A DNA stretch of 64,000 bases from the human T2T-CHM13v2.0 reference genome, Homo sapiens. Numbering within the stretch: position 1 is the first letter of the stretch; every line of letters starts with the position of its first letter. Position numbers and translations under genes: made by a program. The stretch lies in the NCBI RefSeq assembly GCF_009914755.1, contig NC_060926.1. The stretch is one strand, 5' to 3'. Shown here one piece after another: positions 31,080 to 53,170 of the stretch. The notes under the pieces were generated by a model. It worked only from the letters and a program-made list of their open reading frames with translations, had not been told where the DNA came from and did not search any database.

Positions 31080-31703
31080 ATCCCAGTGTGTGACCTGGAC
31101 ACCAGGTTTTGTCTCAGATGAGCCAGAGAGTAGAGAAGCCCCTCAGGCTGCACTCCCCCATGTTTCTGCCCTTCGTCCACTCCATCGAGCATGCCCTGCA
31201 CCCTCAGATCCCAGGGCCTTTGCTCATGCCATCAGTCTGCCTGGAACACTCCTCCCCACCCTGCTCTCCAAGTTGACTCCCACTCTTCCTTTGCGCCCCA
31301 GCTTAGACATCATTTCTCTGAAGACCCCTTTCTTGGCCTTTTGCCTGGTTCTTTCTTTCCCCGTTTTCCTTCTTAGGAGTATGTGATTCTGTATTAGTTC
31401 AGATCATTACCACCAATCACTGAGTCAAACATGCAATCCCAGTGAGCAAGCACAACAGAGGCTGATTTCTTCTACTTCCACGTGGCTTGGGAAGGCCTCC
31501 TTCATTTGTAGTTACACTGGCCACCTGGCAATATGCCACACCCAATGTCACCAATGCGGAGCATGAGAAGGAAGCACACCAGCTTTTAAAGTGCATCCTT
31601 GGAGGTGACACAAATCACACCCACTCAAGGTCCTTGCCAGAATTGATCACATGCCCCAGACTAAACTGTAAAAGGTATTGGGAAATAGTGGGATGTACGT
31701 GGA

Positions 31704-31706
<3 letters not shown>

Positions 31707-31738
<32 letters not shown>

Positions 31739-31860
31739 TTTTTAAGAGATGGGGTCTCAGTTGTTGCCCTGGTTGGTCTCAAACTCTTGGGTTCAAGCAA
31801 TCCTCCTGCCTGAGCCTCCTGCGTAGCTGAGATGACAGGTGTTTGCCACCATGCCCAGCT
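31707..31860 (-). mobile_element. Alu monomer (FLAM-like) with (TAGT)n tail
   Basis: (TAGT)n run then GAGATGGGGTCTC..GGTCTCAAACTC..GGTTCAAGCAATCCTCCTGCC. Confidence 0.8.
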
Positions 31861-32771
31861 CATGGAATATTTAGGAAGCTCTACTTGTCTCTGCCACAGC
31901 TTTTTGTAAAAGCCTCTTATCACAGTTGTCACTTTACATTTATTTATGAGCTTCTTGGATGGTGTCTGTCTCTGTCCCGAGGGTTGTGAGCTCCAGTGAG
32001 GACAGGAATTGCATGTGTTGGCTCACGGTTCCCCCTCAGGGTCTAGCCGACTACCTGTGTGTCATCGGTGTCCAGGAAATATTGAGTGACTCACTAAATA
32101 AATAAACTGCATTAAGTGGGCAGTGGGCTTAGCAATTGAGAGTTCACTTCAGGCCACAAAGAGCATCATTTCAGAGGGAAACAAAACTTCAAAGTCTAAG
32201 GAGTGAAATTGAGTTAGGGATCAGAGGGGCAGCTAATTTTGACAGAGAAAAGCAAGAAGATCTGATGAGGAGAGGCACGGGGGAATTTTCCCAGAGGCCC
32301 AGCTCCCTAAATCAGCTTTTATTAAACCACTCCTTGGTACTGTGGCTGTCCCTGGGTGCCACAGACACAAAGAGCTGTGGGGGAGAAGGGGAAGGTTTTG
32401 CAGCCATCACTAGCTCCCACTGCTTCCCCTGTGACCTTACCACTGTGAAAAATAATGCAGCAACAGCAGAATGCACAGTTTCCATAATTAGGCTCCGTGA
32501 AGAGGGGAAGCCGTCTCAAAAAGCCTGCTGTTTTAGCTCTGGTAGAAGTCTGGGTAGTTTAAAGCGGAGAACGTGTTTTCCAGACAGATGGCTTAACATC
32601 GGTTCCTGACAAAAGGCAGGCAGGAAAGAAGAAACCACTCAGGAAAAGAAAAGCCTTCAAACCTCTGGAGAGGCAGTGAGTGGTCTAAAATCTCTGCTTC
32701 TTCTTAGCTCTCTGGTTCTGGCCACATTACCCAGCTTCTCTAAGCTCCAGCTTCCTCACCTGTAAAATTCC

Positions 32772-32947
32772 TCTTCATCAGTTCTAAGACACACCTTTTT
32801 TTCTTAACATTTTAACATCGCTGAAATTAGGATGTAATTAGCGATCAATGGCAGGCCACAATATAGTTGGTAGGGCTTTTCTCTTCATATGGCATAAAGT
32901 AATGGCAAGTGTTACAATCAATGTATCTTAGATTTGATGAAATACAG
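32772..32947. mobile_element. MER104 (TcMar-Tc2) fossil within a MIR
   Basis: TTCATCAGTTCTAAGA ... TCTTAGATTTGATGAAATAC inverted termini. Confidence 0.7.
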
Positions 32948-33085
32948 CATTCCCTTTGGTTTTGGGATCAGAAATAATATAGGTGAACCGGTGCCAGGTA
33001 ATATATGGAATTGTACATAGTAGATTCTCAGAAAAATCACAATTTTAATCTTATTACTTTAAGATATAAAAAAGAAAAATCTTCA

Positions 33086-33969
<884 letters not shown>

Positions 33970-33980
33970 AGTCTTTGTGA

Positions 33981-34280
33981 CATCATCCTTAGCTAACCAA
34001 CACAGGAACAGAAAACCAAATACTGCACATCCTCACTTATAAGTGGGGGCTAAATGATGAGAACACATGAACACATAGAGGAGAGCAACACACACTGGGG
34101 CCTTTTGGAGGGTGGAGGATGGGAGGAGGGAGAGGATCAAGAAAAACAACTAATGGGTCCTAGGCTTCATACCTGGGGGATGAAATAATCTATACAACAA
34201 ACCCCATGACACAAGTTTACCTATGAAATAAAGCTGCACGTGCAACCCTGAACTTCAAATAAAAGTTTAAAAAATAAAAA
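33981..34280 (+). mobile_element. L1PA (PA13-16-like) 3' end
   Basis: CAGGAACAGAAAACCAAATAC..CTCACTTATAAGTGGG..CCCCATGACACAAGTTTACCTAT..AATAAAAGTT. Confidence 0.85.
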
Positions 34281-34282
34281 TA

Positions 34283-34568
34283 GGCTGGCTATGGTGGCTC
34301 ATGCCTGTGAACCTAGCACTCTGGGAGACTGAGGCAAGTGGATCACTTGAAGTCAGGAGTTCGAGACCAGCTCCACTAGAATAACAAAAATTAGCCGGGC
34401 TTAGTGGTGTGTGCCTATAATCCCAGCTACTCAGGGGACTGAGGCAGGAGAATTGCTTAAACCAGGGTGGGGGCAAAGGTTTCAGTGAGCCGAGATGGTG
34501 CCACTGCACTCCAGCCTGGATGAAAGAGCGAGACTCCATTTCAAAAATAAATAAATAAATAAATAAAA
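34283..34568 (+). mobile_element. Alu (internal deletion) in the L1 tail
   Basis: Alu body with (AAAT)n tail. Confidence 0.9.
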
Positions 34569-35919
34569 ATCTTTGTGAGTTGTTTGGTTTCTACCCTCAG
34601 ACTCTATACAACTGTCATTACAGGATTAGGAGGTGCCCTTGTAAGACTTGGGCAAAGTACACTGACTTTGCAGGTGGGACTGGGGTAAAGGCTAGATGAC
34701 GGAAGAGAGAGAGAGAAGACAGAGAGAGAAACAGAGAGAGAGAAAACACAGAGAGAGAAGAGAGAGAGACGGAGAGAACACAGAGGTTAGCGGGAGGAAA
34801 AATCAAAGGTGAAATATGAATCCACCGCCTCTTTGGAACTTTACAGTGGTGACTGAAATGTAAGAGACACTGGTTCCAAGCCTGGGAAAAGGGCAAAGTG
34901 ATCCAGCCTCACGGATGACTCAGCCAGGAGCAAAGAGGGCATTCAGAAGAAGACATAAATATTCCTTAGCCTCAGAGAGGCAGAGACCTGAAAGAACTGA
35001 TAAATCAGGAATCTTGATTATTGTAAATTTGGAAGTTGTACATGTAAAATGTTTTCTTTTTCCATTGGAAAGATAGAGACTGTCATTTGGTGCAAATCTC
35101 TCTACTGATTTTTAAAGAAAGAAAGGAATACTGTTAGGTAGATGGGGGATCTGGAAAGAATTCCTGGATTTAGCTTGGGGCTTAGAATCCAGCCCCTTCC
35201 CCTCTTACTGTTCCTCCTCCCCGCCTCCACCACAAGTGATTTGTTCCATTTTAATTGCACCCATTTGACTTTCACAAAACATGTTAAAATTTTGTTAGTG
35301 CATGAATATCTGGGTATGTGTACTTGAGTTTAATATTTGAAGGCTTAATTTGCTTTTTGAAATGTTTTTATAAAAGTATTTCATTACTTAATGAAGTGAA
35401 GTAATTTTTAAAAGTAAAATCAAGGTCCAATCTGTATTGATCTGGAGAAGTTCTGCAGTATATCAAATGTTTATGGTTTTGCACGTCCCAATTACAAGAA
35501 TCAGAAGGGCATTAAAAACAAAAAGATAAAAAAGCTTATGCAGAGATGGTGTTAGTAGTGACTCAGGGCATTCATTATTTTATGGGAAGGGAATTATTAA
35601 TAAATTACTTCAGGGGTAGAATTGCCAATTTTACGTCACTTTTATGACAAAATAAATCAAATGTGCAAATGCTCAGTTTTGTATATAATTCAGCATATGA
35701 TTGTATATGTGTGACCAATTCTGCTAAGTATAAAGTCCCATGACAGTTTTATTCAGAAAATACAAATAATACAAAAATGCAGAACTAATTTTCTGGTCCC
35801 AAGATAGCTTGGCAAATAGCCACGTTTATAAATATTTTCTGTGACATAATTTGTACTATGACTTAACCAAGATGTCTTTAGAGATAATATTTGTTAAAGT
35901 AGTCAGTGATAGAACTTAG

Positions 35920-36049
35920 CCCATTTATGACTAGTGTTCCATTACTGGAACACTAAGTATGTGGGAGTTATTTGTATCCTACTGCTCAAGGTCATTGCCA
36001 AGTTCTGATTGCAAAAATTCAAAAAATTGCAACCTCAGGCATAAATGGG
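35920..36049 (+). mobile_element. MER85 piggyBac MITE (PGBD3-derived)
   Basis: 13-bp TIRs CCCATTTATGACT / AGGCATAAATGGG, flanks TTAG / TTAA, internal palindrome GTTCCA-TTAC-TGGAAC. Confidence 0.92.
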
Positions 36050-36271
36050 TTAATCTGAAATGCCAGTTAAAAATTGGGCTGTTTCCACCCCTGCCTCCAC
36101 CCTCCGAGCTTTGCATGTTCCACTAACCCGGGCAGGTGGCAGGTGGAGGTGTCAGGCTGCTGGCATCTCTTCGAGGGCAGAACACTAACCTGACCATGGG
36201 CATCCAACCCAATAAAAGCAATTCCAACCTTAAAATAAATAAAAATAAAATTAAACAAATTGGGCTGTGGC

Positions 36272-36941
<670 letters not shown>

Positions 36942-39629
36942 TAATTTTAATTAGAAACATCCCATGGTGTTAGGGTTAATTTGCTTGGTAATTTTAACCA
37001 GGAGCATGCAAATGATTATTGAATTCATTGGGATTTTATGTTATTAGAGGTATCTCATCCACCCATAATGTAGCCTTGTGCTTTGGGTTGTGGGGTGGTT
37101 TGTGGTATAATCACTATAAAATAGGCCTGGGCCACTGAACACCAATAGTCAACACAGATATGCAGACTACAGACACATTTAATAAAATGTTACATTGTTG
37201 GTAATTATACATTGTGAAAGTAATTTTTGTCTCCTTTAATCTGTCATTTGTTTGTTGCATAGTCAGTCTTTATCTTTGGACTGGGTCCAGAAATGGCCAG
37301 AAATGTATTTTAATGATCCTGGAAGTGGCTAGTAGCATGTGCTGTGGATGTGGAATTGGTATGACTGGATGCACCAGGGTCTGCAGAAGCTGCACCAAGA
37401 TTGTGACTGTACACAGAGATCTTCAGCCTGAAAGAAATCAAGTTTCAGTTTGATGAATTTGATCTGGGCCATCTCCAACACACTTTATGTACCTTATGTA
37501 CTGTGATGTACTGTTCCTCAGACACCGTGGCAATCTTCTGCATTGGTCCTAAAATAGCTGGAGATATCGCAGCTCCTTCTTGGGGGCCCTGCTGACAAGT
37601 GGAGGCCAGTTGCTAAGCCCATCAGCTGCATCGTAGCTGCAGCAGTCCAGGCGCGGTCACCCAGACCATGCGTGGACCAGAAAGAGCCCATCTTCTGCAT
37701 CACTCCAGGAGCAGCTGAACAATTCCTTTTGGAAGCAGTGGGACGAAACCAAGTAGCTGGCAGCTTCCCCGGGCTCTCTTCCACTGTAGCAGAATCTTGA
37801 GAAAGCTGGCTTCCAGCCACGGCTGCTGCTTGAGTGTATGGGTCTGGTGCCTCCATCCCATTTCCTGCATGGCCCTGACCCCTGGATCCTTCTTATTCGA
37901 GAAGGTGAGCCAGTGCACACACTGGCAGAGGTCACTGGTTGTCCTCTAGTGGGGGGTCAGGCGTGTCTGTATTGGTGCTTGTCCCACCTGGCAGACCCAG
38001 CCTACTTTTTTTTTTTAATCCGTAGATGAACAGGGCAGAAGATGCCAGGTAAATAGGGCTCTACTGCTTCTTGACTTCCTGACCAGCCCAGCCAGCAGGC
38101 ACTGCCTGGGGTGGTCAGTAGGCTTCCTATACAAGTATTCTGGGCCACCTCTCATTGAACCTCCCCCACATTTACACATCATACCCACTCACACACACCC
38201 ACACATTCACCTATGTGCACCTCCCCCCAGCACACATACTCACCAGTCAAATGGGCAAATCATGCAAGGGAACCACGGCACATTCCTCTGCTTAATAGAT
38301 GCTCCTTTCCTATTCCCCTCCCAACCACCAAGAATGATGTCATCCACCAGGAATCCAAACTCAACCCTCTGCCCTAAGACCTAAGGCAGAAAGGATCTGA
38401 CTACCTGTGGAACCGCGAGTTACTGTAATGCTTGTCACATTAGATTACAGGATGTCAGGGAGTCTTCTGAACTCAGGGACACACCAGTATGGACAGACAG
38501 CACAGATGAGTCCCTGCTTCTAGGGTGCCCCATTGGTGCCAAGAGCATAACCACAGAGGTCCTTGACTACTCCTTGCAACCCTTGCTGGACACCCCACTG
38601 CTCCTGGCCCCCCTAACTGGAAGACTTTGGTTTCATCCTCACTTAGGTAGTTGGACATGGAGCTGTCTGCCGACTTGGGAACCTCTCAGCCATGCATATA
38701 GGGCCATGATATTGCTAGAGGACTTTTGTTCTTCTGCTTATTTTTAAAAGACCAGTCCTGTTCAAAGTCATCTCCAAGCACATGAATTACATAAAAATAG
38801 GCTTTAAGGCTTAGAGAGATGAAACTTGGCATCAGAGGTCCCTGAGGAACGGCCACTGCAGCTTGACACCACTTTGAGCCAGGAAAACTTAGTCTTGGCC
38901 ACTTAGAGTAGGCACTTAACTTTGAACGATTGGAATTTTCAAACAACCAGGTTCTAGGCAACCACTTGGTTAAAACCTTGTTATACAAGCCCAAATAACA
39001 GGAGTCAGCCAAGACCACCCTGACTTGAAGAAGATTCTCCATCGTGAAACAGTTATCACTGAGCAATCTTAAAATCCACCAGCATAACCAGATACCAGCT
39101 GCAAGCCAATGCCTACCACAGCCGTCCCTAGACAAGGTCTCCCACCCATTCTGCAGGGATTCCAAAAGTGCAGAGAACGGGGCAGGGGGCTAGCTCTGCC
39201 ATTTTGACCCCTCCAGCATGTTCCTTGGGGAAAAAGCCAGAATACGGGTGTGCATTCTGCCATGACATCAACGTAGAGGGACGCAGATGTCAGATCTTCT
39301 GGCAAGACATACTCAGGTCAAGGTCAGGCCTAGGAAGACAATGAAGACTTCTTTACTCATTTCTGATGCCAGAGCCTCTGAAAAACTGGACTCTGTAATA
39401 TTCTTGGTCCCTTGAAATGCTGGTGCTATGGATGACATAAACAAGACAATCCACACCATTTCTTGTACCAGAGCCCCACTTCCAGCCATCATAGCTCTGT
39501 TCATCAAGGTTGAGTCCTAAATCCACGAACTACCCACTGGCCACAGTTTGCATCCCAATTCTGGAGACATAGTACAAAGCCTAATGTATGTCAGTCTACC
39601 TCTCTATCCCCCATCTTTGTTGAAAGTGT

Positions 39630-39918
39630 GGCCAGACGCAGTGCTAGGATTCACACCTGTAATCCTAGCACTTTGGTAGGCCGAGGCAGGTAAATCACTT
39701 GACGTCAGGAGTTTGAGACCAGTCTGGCCAACATGGTAAAGCCCTGCCTCTACAAAAATGCAAAAATTAGCCCCGTGTGGTGGCGGGCACCTGCAGTCCC
39801 AGCTACTTAGGAGGCTGAGGCAGGAGAATCACTTGAACCCGGGAGGCAGAGGTTGCAGTGAACCACTGCACTCCAGCCTGGGAAACAGAGCAAGACTTCA
39901 TCTCAAAACAAAAAACAA
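39630..39918 (+). mobile_element. Alu
   Basis: Sense Alu body and tail. Confidence 0.9.
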
Positions 39919-40109
39919 TAAGTGGGCCAGTCCTCAGAGGCATCCTACCACCGCTACACACAAGACTGATTTTCAGCTGGAATCCACTGTATTTAGTTGG
40001 TGCCTGTATAGTTATACTTACTGAATAATTTTAACATCTCCCCTGGCTACATGCCATACAGTCAGCATAACTCATTCTCCTATCTTGCTTCTGATGAGTC
40101 TTTCTACTT

Positions 40110-40411
40110 TGTTATTATTATTATTTTTTTTTAGATAGAGTCGCACTCTGTCACCCAGGCTAGAGTGCAGTGGCATGGTCTTGGCTCACTGCAACCTCCA
40201 CTTCCCAAGTTCAAGCAATTCTCATGCCTCAGCCTCTGAGTAGCTGGGATTACAGGCAGGCACCAACACGCCTGGCTAATTTTTGTATTTTTAGTAGAGA
40301 CGGGGTTTTGCCATGTTGCCCAGACTGGTCTTGAACTCCTGGCCTCAAGTGCTGTGCCCACCTCGGCCTCCCAAAGTGCTGGTATTACAGGTGTGAGCCA
40401 CCATGCCCGGC
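40110..40411 (-). mobile_element. Alu (S-type)
   Basis: TSD TACTTTGTTATT. Confidence 0.93.
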
Positions 40412-40980
40412 TTACTTTGTTATTCTTTATATGACCCAGAACACACTTTCTGCAGTAAGTACAGATTCTCAAGCACCATGAATTGCCTCCTCTGTACAGG
40501 CACTGGGCAAGGCCTGGGAACATCACAGAGAATACCCAAAGTCCCTAAGAATTCTCAGGGGTTCCCCGGTTATCACTAGCCCGCGGGACCTCGCCACCGA
40601 CATGCTTGTTTTATCAAGCTGAAGCAGGTATCTGACACATCAAAGGAAAATCAACTATGGATGGTGGAGCCTCAGGCAGCCAAAGAGATGATTACAGAAT
40701 GGAGACATCATCTGGGTCTCCTCACCCTTTTTGTCACATGACCTTGCTGAAATCAGGAAGAGCACCTTTCGATTCCTGTGAAGTTGCAGAGATGGCAAGT
40801 CCTGTTGCTTGCTGCCTTCAAACACCCCTGACTACACACTCAACCCAGTGGAGCCATCACTGCCTGTCCTGTGCCCCCACCAAGAAGGGGAATGAGATGA
40901 GGTCAGATTGATTAAAAATGTGCATGCCTTTTATTTTTTTGGCCTCCCCCTCCCCAGATTGTAGGGCTTCCCCTTGGCAG

Positions 40981-41309
<329 letters not shown>

Positions 41310-41785
41310 TCCCCTTGGCACTTTTAACTTCCAGGCTTACCCTTGGCCTTCATACTGGTCACTAAGCCAGCTCCAAGACCTGAGTGGCACCTGCTCCAGT
41401 CCAGTTCTGCCTTGGCCTGGCTTCTGCCCAATGCCTGTCCAGGGTGGGACCTAAGCTGCCTGGATATTATTTCCTCCTTCCGATAAAGGCATACCTGGGT
41501 GTGTTTACCACTGTCTCAGCTCAGAAGCATCTCAGACCAATTCCTTTCTATTTCACTCAAGACAGAATGTGGGAGTTTCCCCTCCACAACTGCACCACTG
41601 CCTGAGGTGTCTAGGGCCACACTTCCTTCTCTGAACTTGCTCATACCTGAGATGTTGAAAGGGCGGCTGTCCGAGGGATGAGCCACAGGAGGACTGCAAA
41701 GAGGCTCAGCACAGATGGTTGTCACTCCAGCAGGACAGTCAGGGGCGAAGTGCTGGCTGCCCTTATGAGAGTTCGTCGCTGGCAC

Positions 41786-42743
<958 letters not shown>

Positions 42744-42940
42744 GTCCCAGCTCTTGTTCAAGATGAATATTCCCGATCACTGAAGAATTCAGACTGAAGA
42801 ATGCAGGCACTGCCTGAGTGGGGTGAAGCAGGGCCTAATGAACAGACTCTCTTACATTCTTGTTGGTGCTGTTCCCGTGAAACCAGTTCAACCATCTGTT
42901 AAGAGGTGAGTTGTTTTAGGGTCCAGGAGAACAGGCATCT

Positions 42941-43105
42941 GTTTTTTTTTTTTCATTATTATACTTTAAGTTCTAGGGTATATGTGCACAACGTGCAGGT
43001 TTGTTACACAAGTATACACGGTCCATGTTGGTTTGCTGCACCCATCAACCCTAATTACATTAGGTATTTCTCCTAATGCTATCCCTCCCCCAGCCCTCTA
43101 CCCCT
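42941..43105 (-). mobile_element. L1PA 3' end (5'-truncated)
   Basis: TTATTATACTTTAAGTTCTAGGGTA..TGTGCACAACGTGCAGGTTTGTTACA; perfect TSD CAGGCATCT. Confidence 0.9.
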
Positions 43106-45172
43106 CAGGCATCTTAAAAGAGGGATGTCTAAGCATGGTGAAATCCTGTCTCTACGAAAAATACAAAAATTAGCCGGGTATGGTGGAGGGCGACTGTAGT
43201 CCCAGCTACTCAGGAGGCTGAGGCAGGAGAATTGTTTGAACCCAGGAGGCAGAGGCTACAGTGGGCCGAGATCACACCACTGCACTCCAGCCTGGGCGAC
43301 AGAGCAAGACTCCATCTCGAAAAAAAATAATAAAAAGTAAAAATATATATATATAAAGAGGGATGTCTAAAATAACGAAATAATAATATAAAAGTTACAT
43401 TAAAGTAAAAGCCAGTAGTTGAATCTGAGAATTAGCTGGTTCAGTGAATTCCAAGAGGTTAGCAGAAGAAAATCTTCCAGCACCAGTTTTTGAGTTTCTT
43501 AAAGCTGTCAATGTCTTGTGATATTGTCCACAATCTTGGCACTTGTCACGAAAGGGCATACATGGCCTGAGCATTTTGCTGGGCTTCCTTAGTGGTCCAG
43601 GCAGCAGCTTGTCCAGGGAGAATTCATGGTATCCTGAAGGGCTGAGTCTTTCAAGGTTTATGCCAAATCGCTAAGCCTCAGCTTGTAGAACTCCTTCAGA
43701 TTCTGGGAGAAAAGGCCAGCTGCAAGGCAACCCACAGTCCTGACAGGGATTTGGGCAGTCGGGTGTTAATTCTTGGTGATGCCAATTCAGGCTTGAGGAA
43801 GAAAAAATGTGAAAGTTAGTTTGGAGGACTGTAGTCAGATATTGAAGAAAACTGGAGAAATTGAAAACCTGGTAAGGATTGACAATTTGGGCAAGGCAAC
43901 AGGATCTAATCAAATTTAAAGGTAGGTTCCCAAACTGGTTTTTCTATGAGGAGTAGGGAAAGGCAGCCAATTAAATCTCATCAGACAAGACAGAGTTTGC
44001 ATAGTCATCAGCTACCTGCAGTGTGTAAAGAGGTCCAAGAAGACTCAAAGGCAATGCACAGGGCTGGAGTCTGATAACCAGAAGGGTGTGCTACATATTG
44101 AAACATAAAATTTCTCATTTTAGACACCTGTCTTTTGACAAAGATAATCTCAAAGAAAAATTTTTCATCATCACAAAATAAGGCTGGCCTTATTAGGTAT
44201 AGTCTCACTATTTACACAGGAGCAGCAAGAATGGTACTTTAGCAGATAGGCCTCCTTAAACTTGCTTTGCTGGAAGCTTTAATAAGGTATCTCAGATTGG
44301 ACGTTTGAAAGCCTCTTGAGACTAGGAAGCCACACCAAGAACTTGACATCCAAATTACTTCTGGTACCTATAAATATGAGCAAATTCCTCTCTTCTCAAG
44401 GACCCCTCAATATCCTACAGTTCACGGGCTTGCAAGGAAGTGACCTTCCTAACTTACGTGTAAGGCTGACAACTCTGTAAGTCAGAGGGCTGGCAAGCAT
44501 TGGCTCCATAAAGTCAATCCTAGTTACTTTAATGTATCAGGTGATTTCTGATTAAATGAGCATCATTCTCAAACATGATATTTCAGGCAAAGTTTTGGGT
44601 GCATAATCAATATTTCCAATTATGTCCTGTTAATAAGGAAGGCAGATTCTCATTGAACCTATGCAAATAATCATATTGCCATAAAATTAAGAATACTTAA
44701 TGAGAGTTTCTGAATTTTGGAGAGGTCAGGGAGGGAGAATAAGATATTTAAAAATGGTTTGTTTCTGGTTACCAAAGTCTGCCAAACTGTTACGAGTCAT
44801 AGAGAGCTTAAGAGAAGAGAAGGGGGTTCCTTCATATGCAGAAAATGGAACATTAAAACCACATCTAAAACATTGCAAACAAAACCCACCATCATTCCTT
44901 ATCAGTTCATTTAGTCTTAGGTAATAAATTCTTGTTCCACTGGATTTTGAGTTGGTCATCTCATGAACTAACCAGCGTCTCAACTAGAGTTCTAGAAATC
45001 CTGACTCAGTCCACTGATGTGGTCTCATAGCTGTTTGAATGATGCCGCCAGAAGCTTGCACTTAAAGTCCCTCGCATAGTCCTTTACTGCATGTCTCTGA
45101 GACAGTCCTTCTTTGTTGAAGATGAAGCACTGTGGTCTGTAGCTGATTACAAGGGCTTTCAGGGAAGCATCA

Positions 45173-45549
<377 letters not shown>

Positions 45550-46257
45550 TTAACTATTGACAATTTTCAGAAGTGAAAGATCTGCTGGGAGTTTATAACA
45601 AGAATAGTAAAACTGACAGGGATGTTGTTTGTTTCTGTGGCATGCAAACCAAAATAAGAAAATCAATCTAAAAACTGTTTTGGATGAAATATTTACAAAC
45701 ATAATGAGTAACCCTACTTCCAAAGAAAAGTGAATGCTATCTCCAATTTATAAAAAGAGAGGAACATAATCTTTACCGAGAAAAAATCTTTAGGTATAAC
45801 ATATAATAATACCAACATAATATACCACTAATATACTAAACATATTGTTAGAATATATTAAGAATATATAAAGAACATAAAGTGAAGAGATTCTGTAAAT
45901 ATGGAATAGGTCCAAAACATCTGCATACTAATAAAACTTCACAGGTAGGTGATGTCAGTCCCCAGTTGAAAACCCCTGGCAGGGCCGGGTACAGTGCCTC
46001 ATGCTTGTAATCCCAGCACTTCGGGAGGCCAAGATGGGCAGATCACTTGAGGCCAGGAGTTTGAGACCAGCCTGGCCAACATGGTGAAACTCCATCTCTA
46101 CTAAATATATGAAAATTAGCCAGGCACGGTGGTGCATGCCTGTAATCCCAGCTACTCAGGAGGCTGAGGCACAAGAATCACTTGAACCCAGGAGGTGGAG
46201 GTTGCAGTGAGCTGAGGTTGCCCTCCAGCCTGGGTGACAGAGTGAGACTCTGTCTGA

Positions 46258-46390
46258 AAGGAAGGAAGGAAGGGAGGGAGAGAGGGAGGGAGAGAGGGAG
46301 GGAGGAGGGAGGGAGGGAGAGAAGGAAGGAAGGAAGGAAGGAAGGAAGGAAGGAAGGAAGGAAGGAAGGAAGGAAGGAAAAGAAAGAAAA
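46258..46390. repeat. (GGAA)n/(GGGA)n polypurine tract
   Basis: About 130 nt of pure purine in an Alu tail. Confidence 0.9.
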
Positions 46391-46431
46391 CTGCTGGTAT
46401 AGGAGATGCTATATTCAAATTTAAAAAGTTA

Positions 46432-46782
<351 letters not shown>

Positions 46783-47314
46783 TTAAGAGATAGCTGAAAT
46801 TATGACTGAAAATGATATTCTGTGGTTGTCTAACATCAGATAAAGCTGCACCAACAAACATATGGACAATAAAGGCGTTGATGGATCTCTAGGAATTTTT
46901 CACATAGCATACAATTCCTGAAATATCTGTATTTAATAACACTTTGTGATACAAATTTAACCTGGACAAGACTAAGTATTTCTTCTGATTTGAGGACTCT
47001 TTCCATGCAACTCATCAATAATATATCAAATAAACCTAATTATTTCCAGCACTTCTCTTTTTACGGGGTGAAAAAAAATCATTTGTGGTCTTTTTCTCTG
47101 GGAAATCTCAAAGATAGTTTTGGGTGCAGAAGATATTATTTAGGATTAATTTAGGGAAGGCAAAATATTAAGTTATCAGGAGACTTGAACACCTCATTAA
47201 GGTAGGATCATGAGCTACTGTGAAACAATTCCTGACTACTTAAAGTGACAATAAAATATTTTTTAAAATAAACATGGGAGGTAACATAATTATAAAGAAT
47301 CTTACTTTTTCCTA

Positions 47315-47563
<249 letters not shown>

Positions 47564-47683
47564 TTAAAAAATCAAGGACATCTTAAAGTCAACATAAACC
47601 AGAGAAGGTTCTTCTGGTAAAACACAGAATCTTTGTTCCCCAGGCAAACTACAAAGAAAGTGAAGAATACTCTTTCACAATCT

Positions 47684-48189
47684 TGTATTCATTTCCTTTT
47701 GCTGTGCCAACACATTACCACACACTTAAGGGGTGTTATTTATTGTCTTAGAGTTCTGGAGATCAGAAGTCCCAAATCAGTCTCACTGGACTAAAAGTTA
47801 AGGTGTCAGCAAAACTGGTTCCTTCTGGAGACTTTAGGAAGACAACTCATTTCCTTGCCTTTTTCAGCTTCTAGGGCCCCCTTTCATTCCTGGCTCAGGG
47901 CCCCTCCTCTATCTCAAAGCCAGCAGCAGAGGATCTTCCAATCTCTTTCCCACCATGTCCCTTCCCACATCACCTGTTCCTCATTCTGATTCTCCTGCCT
48001 CACGCTTATAAACACCGTTCTGATTACACTGAGCCCACCAGAGGATCCTGGATAATTTCCCCACTTCAAGGATCTTAATCACATCTACAAAGTTCCCTTT
48101 ACCACCTAAGGTCACATATTCACAGGTTCCAGGGATTAGGATGTGGACATCTTGGGGGTGGAGGAGAGGCATTGTTCAGTCTACCACAC
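47684..48189 (-). mobile_element. MLT1D-like MaLR LTR
   Basis: TGTATT..GTTCTGGAGATCAGAAGTCC..CACAGGTTCCAGGGATTAGGATGTGGACATC..CTACCACA. Confidence 0.8.
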
Positions 48190-48369
48190 ACTACTTAATA
48201 AGGACAGACCAATACTTTTCTCATTTTAACAGAGAGAAAAATTCTAGTTTTGTATCAGTATATTTGATAGTAAAGCTCTTTTAAAAAATCATAAATAAGT
48301 CCATCAAATCTTAGTAAGCCTTGACCATGACAAAATTCTCTTTTCTAGAACCTTCTGTAGCTTTCTGAT

Positions 48370-53170
<4,801 letters not shown>

